Below, piece after piece: positions 38,775 to 48,673 of a stretch of DNA of 64,000 bases (position 1 is the stretch's first letter; every line of letters starts with the position of its first letter). The stretch is from an uncultured Acidimicrobiaceae bacterium. GTDB lineage: Bacteria > Actinomycetota > Acidimicrobiia > Spongiisociales > UBA5794. The notes below the pieces were generated by a model. That model did no database searches, was not told the origin of the DNA, and saw only the letters and a program-made list of their open reading frames with translations. The stretch spans positions 1,027-65,026 of the forward strand of contig CAYNHF010000049.1 in NCBI GenBank assembly GCA_964397045.1, written 5' to 3'. The position numbers and the translations under genes are program-made.

Positions 38775-39703
38775 GGCGGGCAAGGCACCTCGGTTGGGTA
38801 ACGCTGCTGGTTGCGGCGGCACTTGTGCTGACGGCATCACCGGCCTCGGCCGATCTCGAGGAGTACCTGGAGGAGGCTGAGGAGGCCGACTACACCGGGC
38901 GCCGGCTGGTGGTGACCTTCTGGGCCGATGGCTCCGAGGTGGGCGTATTCGACGTGACACATGCCGGCGACATGACGATGATCGAGGGCGGGCAGACGGC
39001 CAACGTGAGTGACGGGCGCGTGACAGGCGGCCAGGACCGAGATGCGGTGGTGCTCCAGGGCTGGTCACGTTCGTCGCTGACGGATCGCTACACCACCGCC
39101 GCGCCCGAGGCAGTCACCCGTCTGGGTAGAGCGGCTGAGAGTGTTGATGTGCTCGAGGATGGTCTGGTGCGGGCAAGGATCGTTTTCGACCTCGACACGC
39201 GGGTGCCGCTCCTCACCGAGATCTTCGACGGAGAAGGTGAGTTGTTCCGTTACTCGGCGATGATCGACTTCGACCCGAACCCTTCGCTCCGATACGCCGA
39301 CCTTGTTCCGGCGGCCGGCGAGTACGACGTGATGCTTCCCGCTGAATCAGCGACCATGCCGTCGACGGCTGCGGGATATGTACGCGCCGATACGTACGGC
39401 GGTCCGGATACCACCGTTCAGACGTTCTACACAGACGGCTTGTTCAAGTTTTCGATCTTCGAGATCGCGGGTGACGCATCGCCGGAGCGGTTCGAGGCAG
39501 CGGGAGTACTCGAAGTCAACGAAGCCACGTACCTGCAACTGGTCACTCCAAGCGAGTTGTGGGTGATGTGGAGTGCAGCCGGATCGACGTACGTTCTGGT
39601 GGGAGATCTCCCCCCCGACCATCTGGCGTTGGTGCTGGCAGAGTTGCCGCAGCCGGACGGCGACGGGTTGTTCAACCGTATCTGGCACGGCATCTTCGGA
39701 TAA
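38771..39703 (+). CDS. Secreted protein, possibly MucB/RseB-like (LolA-fold) sigma-E pathway component
   Basis: Signal peptide (LLVAAALVLTASPASA). The position immediately after the sigma / anti-sigma pair is suggestive, but I recognise no diagnostic motif. Confidence 0.3.
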   Translation: MRRARHLGWVTLLVAAALVLTASPASADLEEYLEEAEEADYTGRRLVVTFWADGSEVGVFDVTHAGDMTMIEGGQTANVSDGRVTGGQDRDAVVLQGWSRSSLTDRYTTAAPEAVTRLGRAAESVDVLEDGLVRARIVFDLDTRVPLLTEIFDGEGELFRYSAMIDFDPNPSLRYADLVPAAGEYDVMLPAESATMPSTAAGYVRADTYGGPDTTVQTFYTDGLFKFSIFEIAGDASPERFEAAGVLEVNEATYLQLVTPSELWVMWSAAGSTYVLVGDLPPDHLALVLAELPQPDGDGLFNRIWHGIFG

Positions 39704-39767
39704 CCGCCGGTGGCGCGGTGCAGCTGCATTCGCCGAGAGCGACCCTGGGTACGCAGCCGGAGAAGAG

Positions 39768-41783
39768 TCAGCCGACCTTGATGGCGGCCAGTGCTGGATG
39801 GAGCACCTTTGCCACGTACTCGTCGTGGAGTTCCGGCACGGTCAGCAGCATCACGATGTAGAGGAAACCGCCGTCCTCCGCGAGCGCTACGTCGTACAGC
39901 AGATCGCCATCGGTGGCTGCGTGGATCGTCCACGACCGGTCGTCCTCGTAGAAGCTGGTCTCCCACGGTTCGGTGATCTCGAACTGGGAGCCGAGGTCGG
40001 TGATGAGCGAGTCGTACGTGACCAAACCTGCAGGCAAGGCCTGTTGGATGATTCCGCTGTCTCCCAGGCCTGGTGCCACGTACGCTCCGAAGCCCTGGCT
40101 CGACCATTCCTCGGGAACGACGCCGCTGATGACCACGTTGAGGAAGTCCTCGGAGAACGGTATGAGCACGATCTCGACGTTGCCGGGCACGAAGTAGACA
40201 GGACCCTCCAGCGTGTCGACGCAGGTGGCATCCGGTGGCGTGGTGGGATCTTCGAGAAACTCCAGGGTGATGCCGAGCGGGCAGGCCGAGGCCGTACTCA
40301 CCCCGTGTGCCAGTCCGGGGAACTCGTAGAAGAAGCTCGCTTCGAGGTCGGCAGCCACCGTTTCCCCATACGACGGTGGGGTGATGGGATCGAATTGCCC
40401 GCCGACGATCAGCGTCGGGATCGAACTGATCACCGGCTGGGTCTCGATGGGGTCTGCCAAACCGGCCCCCCAGACGTCGCACTCGTGGTACTCACCCTGT
40501 GGGTCAGCGTAGATGTACTCGACTTCGGGGTACGCCTGGGCCGCCGCTTCGGCGGCCTCCACAGACGTGAAGGCGTATTCCTCGGCACACTGCACCGACA
40601 CGTACATGCCGAGGCTGAAGAAGTCGCCCTGAGTAAAGAACGCGGACGCAACCCGTTCGGCCAGTGCCAGATCCCCTGCCTCGGCGTCGGCAATCATGTC
40701 CGGCAGGAGTGGAATGATCTCCTCCGAGTACAAACCCTGAAACAACAGCCCTGTGATGTCGTCACCCGACAGTCGGGCCGGGTGCTTGTCGCCTGTGGTG
40801 AAGTTCTGTATCTCGACCGCGGCTGGGGCTTCGTTGAGGGCCGCAACGAGCGCGAAGTACCGTTCCTCGAGGTCGGGGAAAGCTGCCGCGCAACGAGCGT
40901 CATCTGCGCAGTCCTCGAAGAAGGTATCGATGGCACGCTGCGCTGCCGCCGGCCCAGTGACCAGCATCTCATTCTGGAGCGGCACGGTGCTGTCCAGGAT
41001 CACACTACGGATGCCTGCGGGATGGTCACGCATCGTGGTCAGACCGAGTCGAGTGCCGTAGGAAATGCCGTAGAGGTTCCACATGTCGTACCCGAGCGCG
41101 ACCCGGAGGTCGGCGACGTCTGCGGCATTGTCTGCACTGGTGTAGGCGGTGACATCGACGCCACCTGCCGCCAGCCGCTGCGAACAAGCCGCGATGGCGG
41201 GCGCTTCCCTTTCGTTATAGGCCTCTGCCGACATTGGTTCATCGAGCAACTCGATCGTTACCTCGCGCACCTCGGGGCAGCTCAGGTTCGGTTCGCTGAA
41301 ACCGACGCCTCGCTGGTCGAACAGGATCAGGTCCCGGTTCTCGGTGAAGGGAGCAAAGCGATCTTCGAATGCGAACTGGAGCTGCTCGAGCGTGTAGCCG
41401 CCGGGGCCGCCGTCGAGGTACACCACCGGGTCTGGCTCCGGGTTATTTCCCATTGCAGGGAAGATCGCCACGTGCAAGCGAACCTGCTGGCCGGTGGGGT
41501 CGTCACGATCCTCGGGAACGACGAGATACCCACAGCGCGGCGAGTGGTCGACCGGGACGTCGAAGGCACATGACGCATCTTCGAACACGGGAGTGTATGC
41601 AGCGGTAACGGCACCGGTAGCCGGCGGGGGAGCGTCGGATGAAGCTGTCCCCTGGTCCGGCTGAGAGGGGTTGGGCGTGGCAGCAGGCTGAGTGGTCGCG
41701 GTGGTCGTCGGGGCGGAGGTGGTGGGGCTACATGCCGCGACGACGAGCGCGATGACAACGAGAAACGGTGCGAGGAGTTTCAC
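39768..41783 (-). CDS. Secreted lipoprotein alpha/beta-hydrolase peptidase (S33 family, tripeptidyl-aminopeptidase-like) with Thr/Pro-rich N-terminal linker
   Basis: Lipobox VAACS, T/P/A-rich linker, GISYGTRLG nucleophile elbow; 671 aa. Confidence 0.6.
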   Translation of the reverse strand: MKLLAPFLVVIALVVAACSPTTSAPTTTATTQPAATPNPSQPDQGTASSDAPPPATGAVTAAYTPVFEDASCAFDVPVDHSPRCGYLVVPEDRDDPTGQQVRLHVAIFPAMGNNPEPDPVVYLDGGPGGYTLEQLQFAFEDRFAPFTENRDLILFDQRGVGFSEPNLSCPEVREVTIELLDEPMSAEAYNEREAPAIAACSQRLAAGGVDVTAYTSADNAADVADLRVALGYDMWNLYGISYGTRLGLTTMRDHPAGIRSVILDSTVPLQNEMLVTGPAAAQRAIDTFFEDCADDARCAAAFPDLEERYFALVAALNEAPAAVEIQNFTTGDKHPARLSGDDITGLLFQGLYSEEIIPLLPDMIADAEAGDLALAERVASAFFTQGDFFSLGMYVSVQCAEEYAFTSVEAAEAAAQAYPEVEYIYADPQGEYHECDVWGAGLADPIETQPVISSIPTLIVGGQFDPITPPSYGETVAADLEASFFYEFPGLAHGVSTASACPLGITLEFLEDPTTPPDATCVDTLEGPVYFVPGNVEIVLIPFSEDFLNVVISGVVPEEWSSQGFGAYVAPGLGDSGIIQQALPAGLVTYDSLITDLGSQFEITEPWETSFYEDDRSWTIHAATDGDLLYDVALAEDGGFLYIVMLLTVPELHDEYVAKVLHPALAAIKVG

Positions 41784-41970
41784 GGGCGGCAGCCTACCGG
41801 TGGTTGTCGGCTATGCCCGTGGATGCCGGCGCCAAAGCGGGCAGTATTGCGGTCTGGGTTCGGGGGTCCATGGGCACTTTTCGGTCTGGTGCTTTGCGCG
41901 CCTGAGCTATTGGGGCCGGCGGTGCTTCCCCGTGGCGACGGGACAGGCCCCAACTCGGCGCGGCCCCGGC

Positions 41971-42429
41971 TCAGAATCCGGCCAGCGCCGCGGTGTAGGC
42001 CTCGAATTCGCGAGCGACCCCGATCGAGTCGGTCGCGATGATGTCGCGTACCACGCCGGTCTCGTCCAATACGAAGGTGGACCGGTAGGCAACTCCGCCC
42101 TTCTCGCTGAACGTGCCGTATTCCCTGGCCACCTCGCCGTGCGGCCAGTAGTCGGACAGCACTGGGAAATCGAAGCTGTTCTCCTCAGCCCAGTGCTTGT
42201 TGGTCGATACCGCGTGGGTCGTGATGATGACTGCGCCCGCGCCGAGGTCGGACAGGCCGGCGAGGTTGTCACGGATCAGGCAGGACTCGCCGTCGCAGAT
42301 GCCGGTGAAGGGGAACGGGATGAACACCACCAGCGCCTTGCGGCCCCGGAAAGACGCATCGGACACCAGGTTGCGGTCCTGGTCGTACAGTTCGAATTGA
42401 GGGGCGGGCGATCCGACGGCGACGGCCAT
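41971..42429 (-). CDS. ahpE: Peroxiredoxin, AhpE-like 1-Cys (AhpC/TSA family)
   Basis: 152 aa, PFPFTGICDGE peroxidatic-Cys motif, thioredoxin fold. Confidence 0.75.
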   Translation of the reverse strand: MAVAVGSPAPQFELYDQDRNLVSDASFRGRKALVVFIPFPFTGICDGESCLIRDNLAGLSDLGAGAVIITTHAVSTNKHWAEENSFDFPVLSDYWPHGEVAREYGTFSEKGGVAYRSTFVLDETGVVRDIIATDSIGVAREFEAYTAALAGF

Positions 42430-42462
42430 GGCACGGTCCTTTCGGTGGACGCTACCGAGACG

Positions 42463-43587
42463 TTAGTCCTCAGTCCCGTTGGGGAGTCCCTCCGGGAAGT
42501 CGTCCAGCAGCACCCGCGCTGCCCAACCGACCGGGTCCGTGAGTTCGTCGAGTCTTGGCATGTTGCGGGGCTCCTGCCAGATGCGCACCAGCGCTTCATC
42601 ACCCCAGCGTCGGACGACTTCGATGCAGAACTGTGCGCCGTCACGAGCCCGGTGCCTGTCGAGTTCGAGGCCGAGGATCTGCTGGAGGAACTGCTCTGCC
42701 TGCGTCGGCTCCGTCCGTCTGCGGCCGTTGGCTTCCTCGATTCGATCGAGGTCCGGCAGCACCGCAGCCCCTGCCAGGCGGACCGCATAATCTCCGTACC
42801 CCTCCAGGAAGGCGACCAATGCTTGGATATCGGCCACGTCCTCGGGCCGGCTGGTGGCTCCGAGCATCGAGGCCATGGCACCAGGAGCCGCGAGGCTGGA
42901 TTCGAGTTGCTCCGGGTTCTGGAGGTCGTTCAAGGTGTCCATCAACCCGGATTGATCTATCTCGACACCCTCGAAGAATTGGTCGATCGTCTCAGTGATG
43001 TGGTCGCGGATGCCGTCCAAAGAGAGCACGGCCTGGTGGACCATCTCGTGGAGCGTTGCCCAGAGACGCACTTGCCTGCGATCGACGCCGTGGTCGGCTG
43101 CGAAGGCCTCGACGTTCGGTACGACCAGGATCGACCGGTCGATCTCCAACGGAGGCAGGCCGGCATCGAATTGGCCCATCACCCGATGACTCATGAAGCC
43201 GAGCATCGTGCCGGCTTGCATACCAAGGATCGCAGGTGCCAGGGGCTGCAACATGGCTGCCATCGGTCCCGCAGTATCGAGCTGGCCGGCGCCGAGTTTG
43301 TCCGCCATCGGCTCCATCAAGTAGCTGAATGCCTGCTGATTGGCCTCAACCCACGCAGTTCGGTCGTACGGCTCGGGACAGTCGAGAGAGGCAATGCCCG
43401 GGGTCGGTCCATCTGCCAGGCGCAGCTCGGCGGCTAGGCCCAGCTCGAGATACTCCTCGGCGAGCAGCGGCTCCAGCGGCTCCGGCTGGCCTGCGATCGA
43501 CTTGGTGACCTCACGGGCGAGCCGCCAGTTCACCTTTCCGGGCGACTGCAGAAGCTCGAAGAGCTGTTCGAACAGATTGTCACTCAC
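42463..43587 (-). CDS. Putative zinc-dependent metalloprotease/hydrolase (HExxH)
   Basis: HEMVHQ zinc-binding motif at about residue 220; 374 aa. It resembles the actinobacterial conserved 'zinc-dependent metalloprotease' family. Confidence 0.5.
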   Translation of the reverse strand: MSDNLFEQLFELLQSPGKVNWRLAREVTKSIAGQPEPLEPLLAEEYLELGLAAELRLADGPTPGIASLDCPEPYDRTAWVEANQQAFSYLMEPMADKLGAGQLDTAGPMAAMLQPLAPAILGMQAGTMLGFMSHRVMGQFDAGLPPLEIDRSILVVPNVEAFAADHGVDRRQVRLWATLHEMVHQAVLSLDGIRDHITETIDQFFEGVEIDQSGLMDTLNDLQNPEQLESSLAAPGAMASMLGATSRPEDVADIQALVAFLEGYGDYAVRLAGAAVLPDLDRIEEANGRRRTEPTQAEQFLQQILGLELDRHRARDGAQFCIEVVRRWGDEALVRIWQEPRNMPRLDELTDPVGWAARVLLDDFPEGLPNGTED

Positions 43588-43595
43588 GATTCACC

Positions 43596-45104
43596 TCAGA
43601 GGTCGGCAGGGCGTTCACCCAATACGACGTCGAATTCCAGGGTGGCGCCATCTCGAATCACGATGAAATGCACCGGCTCGCCGACCCGGTACCGGCGCAG
43701 TTTGATGATGATGTCTTCCTTGGTGTCCACCGGGTTGCCTTCGAAGCCAATGATCTGATCACCGACGTGGAGGCCGGCAGCCTCGGCTGCCGAGTCATCA
43801 ACGAACTGAGAGATGGCTGCTCCTGCCGGGGTCTGTAGTGGGCCCTCGGTTACAAAGACATCTTCCAGCAGGACGCCGAGGAAAGCGTGCCGCACCTCAC
43901 CCTTCTCCACGATCTCATCTGTCACTCTGGTGACCAGTTCCACCGGTATTGCGAAGCCGATTCCCTCCGCACCTGCGTCGCTGACACCGATCGCCGTCGT
44001 AATGCCGATGAGGCGCCCCTGCTGATCCACGAGCGCACCCCCGCTCGACCCCCGGGTGATGGGAGCATCCGTCTGCAACATACCGTAGAGGATCCCGTTG
44101 GCGTCGCTCGAGACGATGACTTCGCGATCGAGGGCAGATACCACCCCGGCGGTCAGGGAAGGGCCGCCTGAAAGGCCGAGCGGACTGCCGACTGCAATAG
44201 CGGTGTCACCGATCACCAGGGCGTCGCTCGAACCGCGATCGATCGGGACCAAAGAATCACCTTCGATCCGGAGCACGGCCAGGTCGGTGACCGGATCCGA
44301 CCCGACGATCTCGGCTTCGAAGATCCGTCCATCCAGGAAGACGACTTGAGTCTGCGCGGCATCCTCGATGACGTGATGGTTCGTGACGACGAGGCCGTCT
44401 GCGGTAAGGACGACCCCGGACCCCGAGGCGGCGATGACGAAGTCTCCGCTCGAGTCGTTGCCGCCGATCTCGACCGTAACGATCGAGGGGAGCACCTTGA
44501 CGCCTACTGCGGCGGCAGTGGGCGGGTCGCCGGCAGGCGTGACGATTTCTGTCCGTATCGGGGGCAACGCTTCGGTGGGTGGAGGTGCAACGACGGTGGC
44601 GTTCACGACTGGTGCGGCAACTGTGGTGTCGGTTGCCTGAAACGCATCTGATCCGAGGAGCGCTATCGCGGTCAGGGCCGCACCGGCGATACCTGCGAGC
44701 AGACCCACGACGGCGACCGTGCCGAGCTGTACCCCACGGCGCTCGGGCGCGGCCGGGGTTGGGCGTGTGGTGAGGCGGGGAGCAGCAGGCAGGTAGGTGC
44801 GGCCTGTCAGGTCGGGGTACTGACGGCCCGGTACGCGTTCGAGGGGTGCGTCGGGTGGGGGCGTGCCATAACGTACGGTGGCGGGCCCGATTGGTCTTCC
44901 GGCATCAGCAGGCAGCGTGCGCGCCGGCTGCGAAGGCTCGGCGGCCTCGGGGCCGGAGTAGACGGGACCGGATGACTCCGACGGCTGGTCTTCCCAGAGC
45001 TTGCCCACTGTGGGTTCGGCGGGCGGAGTCGTGTCTAATGCCGGCTCTCCAAGGGGTCCGGGAACCGTCTCTGGCGTCGCGGTGTCGGGGGTAGGCTCGT
45101 CCAC
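43596..45104 (-). CDS. htrA: HtrA/DegP-family trypsin-like serine protease with PDZ domain, Pro-rich N-terminal region and TM anchor
   Basis: Catalytic blocks (TNHHVIED, GSSGGALVD) followed by a PDZ domain. The N-terminal ~170 aa is Pro/Thr-rich with a TM helix. The start codon is uncertain. Confidence 0.8.
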   Translation of the reverse strand: MDEPTPDTATPETVPGPLGEPALDTTPPAEPTVGKLWEDQPSESSGPVYSGPEAAEPSQPARTLPADAGRPIGPATVRYGTPPPDAPLERVPGRQYPDLTGRTYLPAAPRLTTRPTPAAPERRGVQLGTVAVVGLLAGIAGAALTAIALLGSDAFQATDTTVAAPVVNATVVAPPPTEALPPIRTEIVTPAGDPPTAAAVGVKVLPSIVTVEIGGNDSSGDFVIAASGSGVVLTADGLVVTNHHVIEDAAQTQVVFLDGRIFEAEIVGSDPVTDLAVLRIEGDSLVPIDRGSSDALVIGDTAIAVGSPLGLSGGPSLTAGVVSALDREVIVSSDANGILYGMLQTDAPITRGSSGGALVDQQGRLIGITTAIGVSDAGAEGIGFAIPVELVTRVTDEIVEKGEVRHAFLGVLLEDVFVTEGPLQTPAGAAISQFVDDSAAEAAGLHVGDQIIGFEGNPVDTKEDIIIKLRRYRVGEPVHFIVIRDGATLEFDVVLGERPADL

Positions 45105-45116
45105 ATAGGAGATTGT

Positions 45117-45575
45117 ATGACTTCGACCGGCCTATCCGGGCGTTCCGACGACTACATCGAGGTGACGGATCACGAGATCGATCCGACTGTTGTAATCGGT
45201 CATGCCCATCATCAGCGGGCGGGGGCCGTGGTGCTGTTTCTCGGCACCGTCCGTGACCATGCGCCGGGTCGTGACGGCGTGACCCACCTCGAGTACGAGG
45301 CCTACGAGGGTGTGGTGGAGCCCAAGATCGCCGAGGTCGTGGCCGAGGCGAGGGAAGCGTGGCCATTGGAGCGCGCCGCAGCCGTCCACCGCACCGGATC
45401 TCTCGGCGTCGGCGAGACCGCGGTGGCGGTAGCCGTCTCGTCCGCGCATCGCGAAGACGCATTTGCCGCAGGCAGCTACATCATCGACGAACTCAAGGCC
45501 CGTGCCCCCATCTGGAAGAAGGAGCACTGGCCGGGAGGAGCTGAGTGGGTGCGCGAGGATCACCAGCGCGGGTGA
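45117..45575 (+). CDS. moaE: Molybdopterin synthase catalytic subunit
   Basis: MoaE signature (HLEYEAYEGVVEPKIAE...AAAVHRTGSLGVGETAVAVAVSSAHREDAF...RAPIWKKE). Confidence 0.8.
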   Translation: MTSTGLSGRSDDYIEVTDHEIDPTVVIGHAHHQRAGAVVLFLGTVRDHAPGRDGVTHLEYEAYEGVVEPKIAEVVAEAREAWPLERAAAVHRTGSLGVGETAVAVAVSSAHREDAFAAGSYIIDELKARAPIWKKEHWPGGAEWVREDHQRG

Positions 45576-45601
45576 GTACCGGATCATCGGGCCGGGCGGG
45601 T

Positions 45602-46219
45602 TCAATGGTGACGGTCGGGATTCCGATCTTGGCTGCCCTCGATCGGGCGACCGACAAGCATTTCCGCGACCTCTCGCACCATGGGATTTCGATCGGTGGC
45701 AGCCGCCCCGATCGCGGCTTGCACCGCTTCACCCTCGAAGGCGGTGAGCGCCACGACTGCACGCCGCCGCACCTGGGGTGGCCCGGAGGCAGCGAGATCG
45801 AGTAGAACCCGTGTAGCTCGGGGGTCCCCGATGGCGCCCAGCGCGGCCACCGCGGCTTCGCGGACCAGACGATCGTCATTGCTGGCTGCGGCATCTATGA
45901 GCCACGGCACTGCGGCGCGCGACTCGACCTCACCGAGACCGGTCGCAACTGCCTCCGCGACCGCGGGGTTCGTTGTGGACCGGTGTTCCAGGAGGCTTTC
46001 CTGCACCTCCGGACCGGCCAGCGCCAGCACCTCCGCAGCTTCGGCGCGGACCCGGGGCTCGGGGTCAAACGCGAGGACGTGCTCCAGGGCAGCGACGGTG
46101 GCGGCATCGCCGGTGTGGGTTGCACATGAGGACGCAGCCAGCCGCCGGATCGCAGGATCCGGGTCTTCCAGGAACGGAGTGGGGTCGTCGACCAGAGCGA
46201 CGAGTCGGGAGCGGTCCAT
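45602..46219 (-). CDS. HEAT/PBS-lyase repeat protein
   Basis: Repeated DPxxRVRxxAAxALGxIG-type HEAT repeats (VREAAVAALGAIGDPRA, VRRRAVVALTAFEG). Confidence 0.6.
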   Translation of the reverse strand: MDRSRLVALVDDPTPFLEDPDPAIRRLAASSCATHTGDAATVAALEHVLAFDPEPRVRAEAAEVLALAGPEVQESLLEHRSTTNPAVAEAVATGLGEVESRAAVPWLIDAAASNDDRLVREAAVAALGAIGDPRATRVLLDLAASGPPQVRRRAVVALTAFEGEAVQAAIGAAATDRNPMVREVAEMLVGRPIEGSQDRNPDRHH

Positions 46220-46311
46220 GCCTTCGCAGGGTAACTCTTGTGACGGGGCGCTCCGTGCGACAGCAGGCGGCGGCGTAGGCTGGGGCCAGGTTGCGGTCCC
46301 GGAGGAGCAGA

Positions 46312-47103
46312 ATGTCGGACGAGATCATCTACACGGTCGATTCAGGGGTTGCCACCATCACTCTGAACCGTCCGGAGAAGCTCAATGCCACGACGGCTTC
46401 GATGCTGCTGGCGCTGCAAGAGGCGATCGGTGCTGCGGTAGCCGCCGAAGACGTGCGTGCCGTGCTCCTGACGGGGGCAGGGCGGGGATTCTGCGCAGGG
46501 CAGGACTTGGGGGATCGGCGAGTGGCGGGTGATTCGTCAACTCCGCCGAACCTTGCTGAGTCGCTCGACACGCTCTACAACCCGATCGTGCGGGCGATCA
46601 CGACGATGCCCAAGCCCGTGGTGTGCAGCGTGAACGGCGTCGCCGCAGGAGCCGGTGCCAACCTGGCACTGGCGTGCGACATCGTGATTGCGGCACGTTC
46701 GGCGAAGTTCATCGAGGTGTTCTCGAGAGTCGGGCTGATCCCGGACGCCGGAGGTACGTGGCTGCTTCCCCGGCTGATCGGTCGAGCCCGCGCGATGGGG
46801 GCTGCGCTACTGGCCGAGCCGATACCCGCCGAGACGGCACACGAGTGGGGCCTGATCTGGGACGTGGTGGAGGACGACGTCCTCGCCGATCACGCATGGG
46901 CATTGACCTTGCGACTGGCGAGCGGTCCGACCCGGGGTTACGGCTACGTCAAGCAGGCCCTGCTGGCGTCGACCGCCCCCTCCCTCGACGCTCATCTGGA
47001 CCTGGAGAGAGATCTCCAGGGTGAGGCAGGTCGCTCGAATGACTACCGAGAAGGTGTCGACGCCTTTCTGGGGAAGCGTGAGCCGCGCTTCGAGGGCCGA
47101 TGA
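46312..47103 (+). CDS. paaG: Enoyl-CoA hydratase/isomerase (PaaG-like)
   Basis: Crotonase fold (VATITLNRPEKLNA; GAGRGFCAGQDL). GGAGGAG RBS 4 nt before the ATG at 46312. It is followed by paaH/paaJ/paaN-like genes. Confidence 0.7.
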   Translation: MSDEIIYTVDSGVATITLNRPEKLNATTASMLLALQEAIGAAVAAEDVRAVLLTGAGRGFCAGQDLGDRRVAGDSSTPPNLAESLDTLYNPIVRAITTMPKPVVCSVNGVAAGAGANLALACDIVIAARSAKFIEVFSRVGLIPDAGGTWLLPRLIGRARAMGAALLAEPIPAETAHEWGLIWDVVEDDVLADHAWALTLRLASGPTRGYGYVKQALLASTAPSLDAHLDLERDLQGEAGRSNDYREGVDAFLGKREPRFEGR

Positions 47104-48671
47104 CTGGTCCCGGCCCCGCGTCCGATGCCCGGGTTCGCATCGGGGTGATCGGTGCGGGCGCGATGGGGGCTGGGATCGCGCTCGTTGCGGCAAGGGCAGG
47201 CCACGAGGTCGGCTTGTTCGACTCCTCTGACGACGCTCTGGAGCGGGCCACCCGTGAGATCGAAGAACGCCTGCGGCGGGAGGTCGCCAGGGACCGCCTC
47301 ACCAATGCGGAGGCGGAGGCGATCGATGCCAGAGTCCACCCGCTCGGCAGCGTGTCAGATCTGGCAGGTACCGGCCTGGTGGTCGAGGCAATTGTCGAGG
47401 ATCTCGCCACCAAGCAAGCCTTGTTCCAGCAGCTGGAGGATATCGTCGACCCGACCACGCTCCTGGCCACGAACACGTCTTCATTGTCGGTGACCGCGAT
47501 CGCAGGTGCGTTGCAGCGCCCGGAGCGTGTCATCGGGATGCACTTCTTCAACCCGCCTGCGGTCATGCCGTTGGTGGAGGTCGTCAGGGGTGAAGCCTCT
47601 GCCGATGCGGTGGTCGACCGAGTCGTGTCTTTGGCCGCGAATTGGGGGAAGACGCCCGTGGTTTGCACGTCAACACCAGGGTTCATCGTGAACCGGGTTG
47701 CCAGACCTTTCTACGGCGAGGCGTTGCGGCTCCTGGCGGAGGGGACCGCGAACGCGCCCACCATCGACGCCGTTGTGCGCGAGGCGGGCGGGTTTCGCAT
47801 GGGCCCCCTCGAGTTGATGGATCTCATCGGCATCGACATCAATCTCGCCGTGTCGAAGTCTGTGTACGAGCAGACCTTCCACGACTCGCGGTTCGCGCCA
47901 AGCGTGGTCCAACAGTCCATGGTCGATGCGGGTCGGCTCGGCCGCAAGACGGGCTCGGGCTTCTATCGCTACCAGGAAGGCGACCCAGACTCACCCCGCG
48001 TTGGCACGTACGTGGCGGTCACCGACCGGCAGGTCCCCGCCGTTCGGGTGGTCGGCGATCTGCGGCACGCCGCCGGTCTCGTCCCTCGCCTCGAAGCCGG
48101 CGGAGTCCCGGTCGAGCGTGCCTCTGATTCGAGCTCATTCGGTTACCTCGTGGTAGGCGACACGTTGGTGGCACCGACCGATGGGCGTACTGCTACTTCG
48201 CTCCAGGCGGCAGGCGTCCTGGCGGGGAGTCGGGTGGTGGTCATCGACCTGGCGAGGGATTGGGCGAAGACGGGCCGAGTTGCAGCAGCTCAGGCGGACG
48301 GTGTCGATGCTGACACCGGTTCTGGCTCGCCGCTACAGGACCTGGCACGAGTGCTGGGTGCCGCTTCGATCGATGTGGCTCCGGTCGACGATACGCCCGG
48401 TCTCGTCTTGATGCGGATCATGGTCCAGCTGGCCAGCGTGGCTGCGGACGCCGCCGCCATTGGGGTGGCGGCCCCAGCAGACATCGACCTCGCGATGCGA
48501 ACCGGCACCAACTACCCCGAAGGTCCACTGGAGTGGACAGCACGGATCGGTGCGGGAACGGTCGTCTCCGTACTCGATCACATGCGCGAGCATTACCGGG
48601 AAGAGCGCTATCGCGTCGCGGCCAATCTGCGACGAGCGGCACTCACCAATTCCGACCCCAAGGAGGGATGA
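47100..48671 (+). CDS. paaH: 3-hydroxyacyl-CoA dehydrogenase (PaaH-like, two-domain)
   Basis: NAD-binding IGVIGAGAMGAGIA, 3HCDH N- and C-terminal domains with a duplicated C-terminal domain. Overlaps paaG by 4 nt. Confidence 0.8.
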   Translation: MTGPGPASDARVRIGVIGAGAMGAGIALVAARAGHEVGLFDSSDDALERATREIEERLRREVARDRLTNAEAEAIDARVHPLGSVSDLAGTGLVVEAIVEDLATKQALFQQLEDIVDPTTLLATNTSSLSVTAIAGALQRPERVIGMHFFNPPAVMPLVEVVRGEASADAVVDRVVSLAANWGKTPVVCTSTPGFIVNRVARPFYGEALRLLAEGTANAPTIDAVVREAGGFRMGPLELMDLIGIDINLAVSKSVYEQTFHDSRFAPSVVQQSMVDAGRLGRKTGSGFYRYQEGDPDSPRVGTYVAVTDRQVPAVRVVGDLRHAAGLVPRLEAGGVPVERASDSSSFGYLVVGDTLVAPTDGRTATSLQAAGVLAGSRVVVIDLARDWAKTGRVAAAQADGVDADTGSGSPLQDLARVLGAASIDVAPVDDTPGLVLMRIMVQLASVAADAAAIGVAAPADIDLAMRTGTNYPEGPLEWTARIGAGTVVSVLDHMREHYREERYRVAANLRRAALTNSDPKEG

Positions 48672-48673
48672 GA

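Noticed and set aside
39573-41573. 666-aa ORF on the + strand
   Set aside because: It is antisense to a clear lipoprotein alpha/beta-hydrolase gene (GxSxG, lipobox). It has Arg/Gly/His-rich composition and no recognisable domain, which is a typical high-GC antisense artefact.
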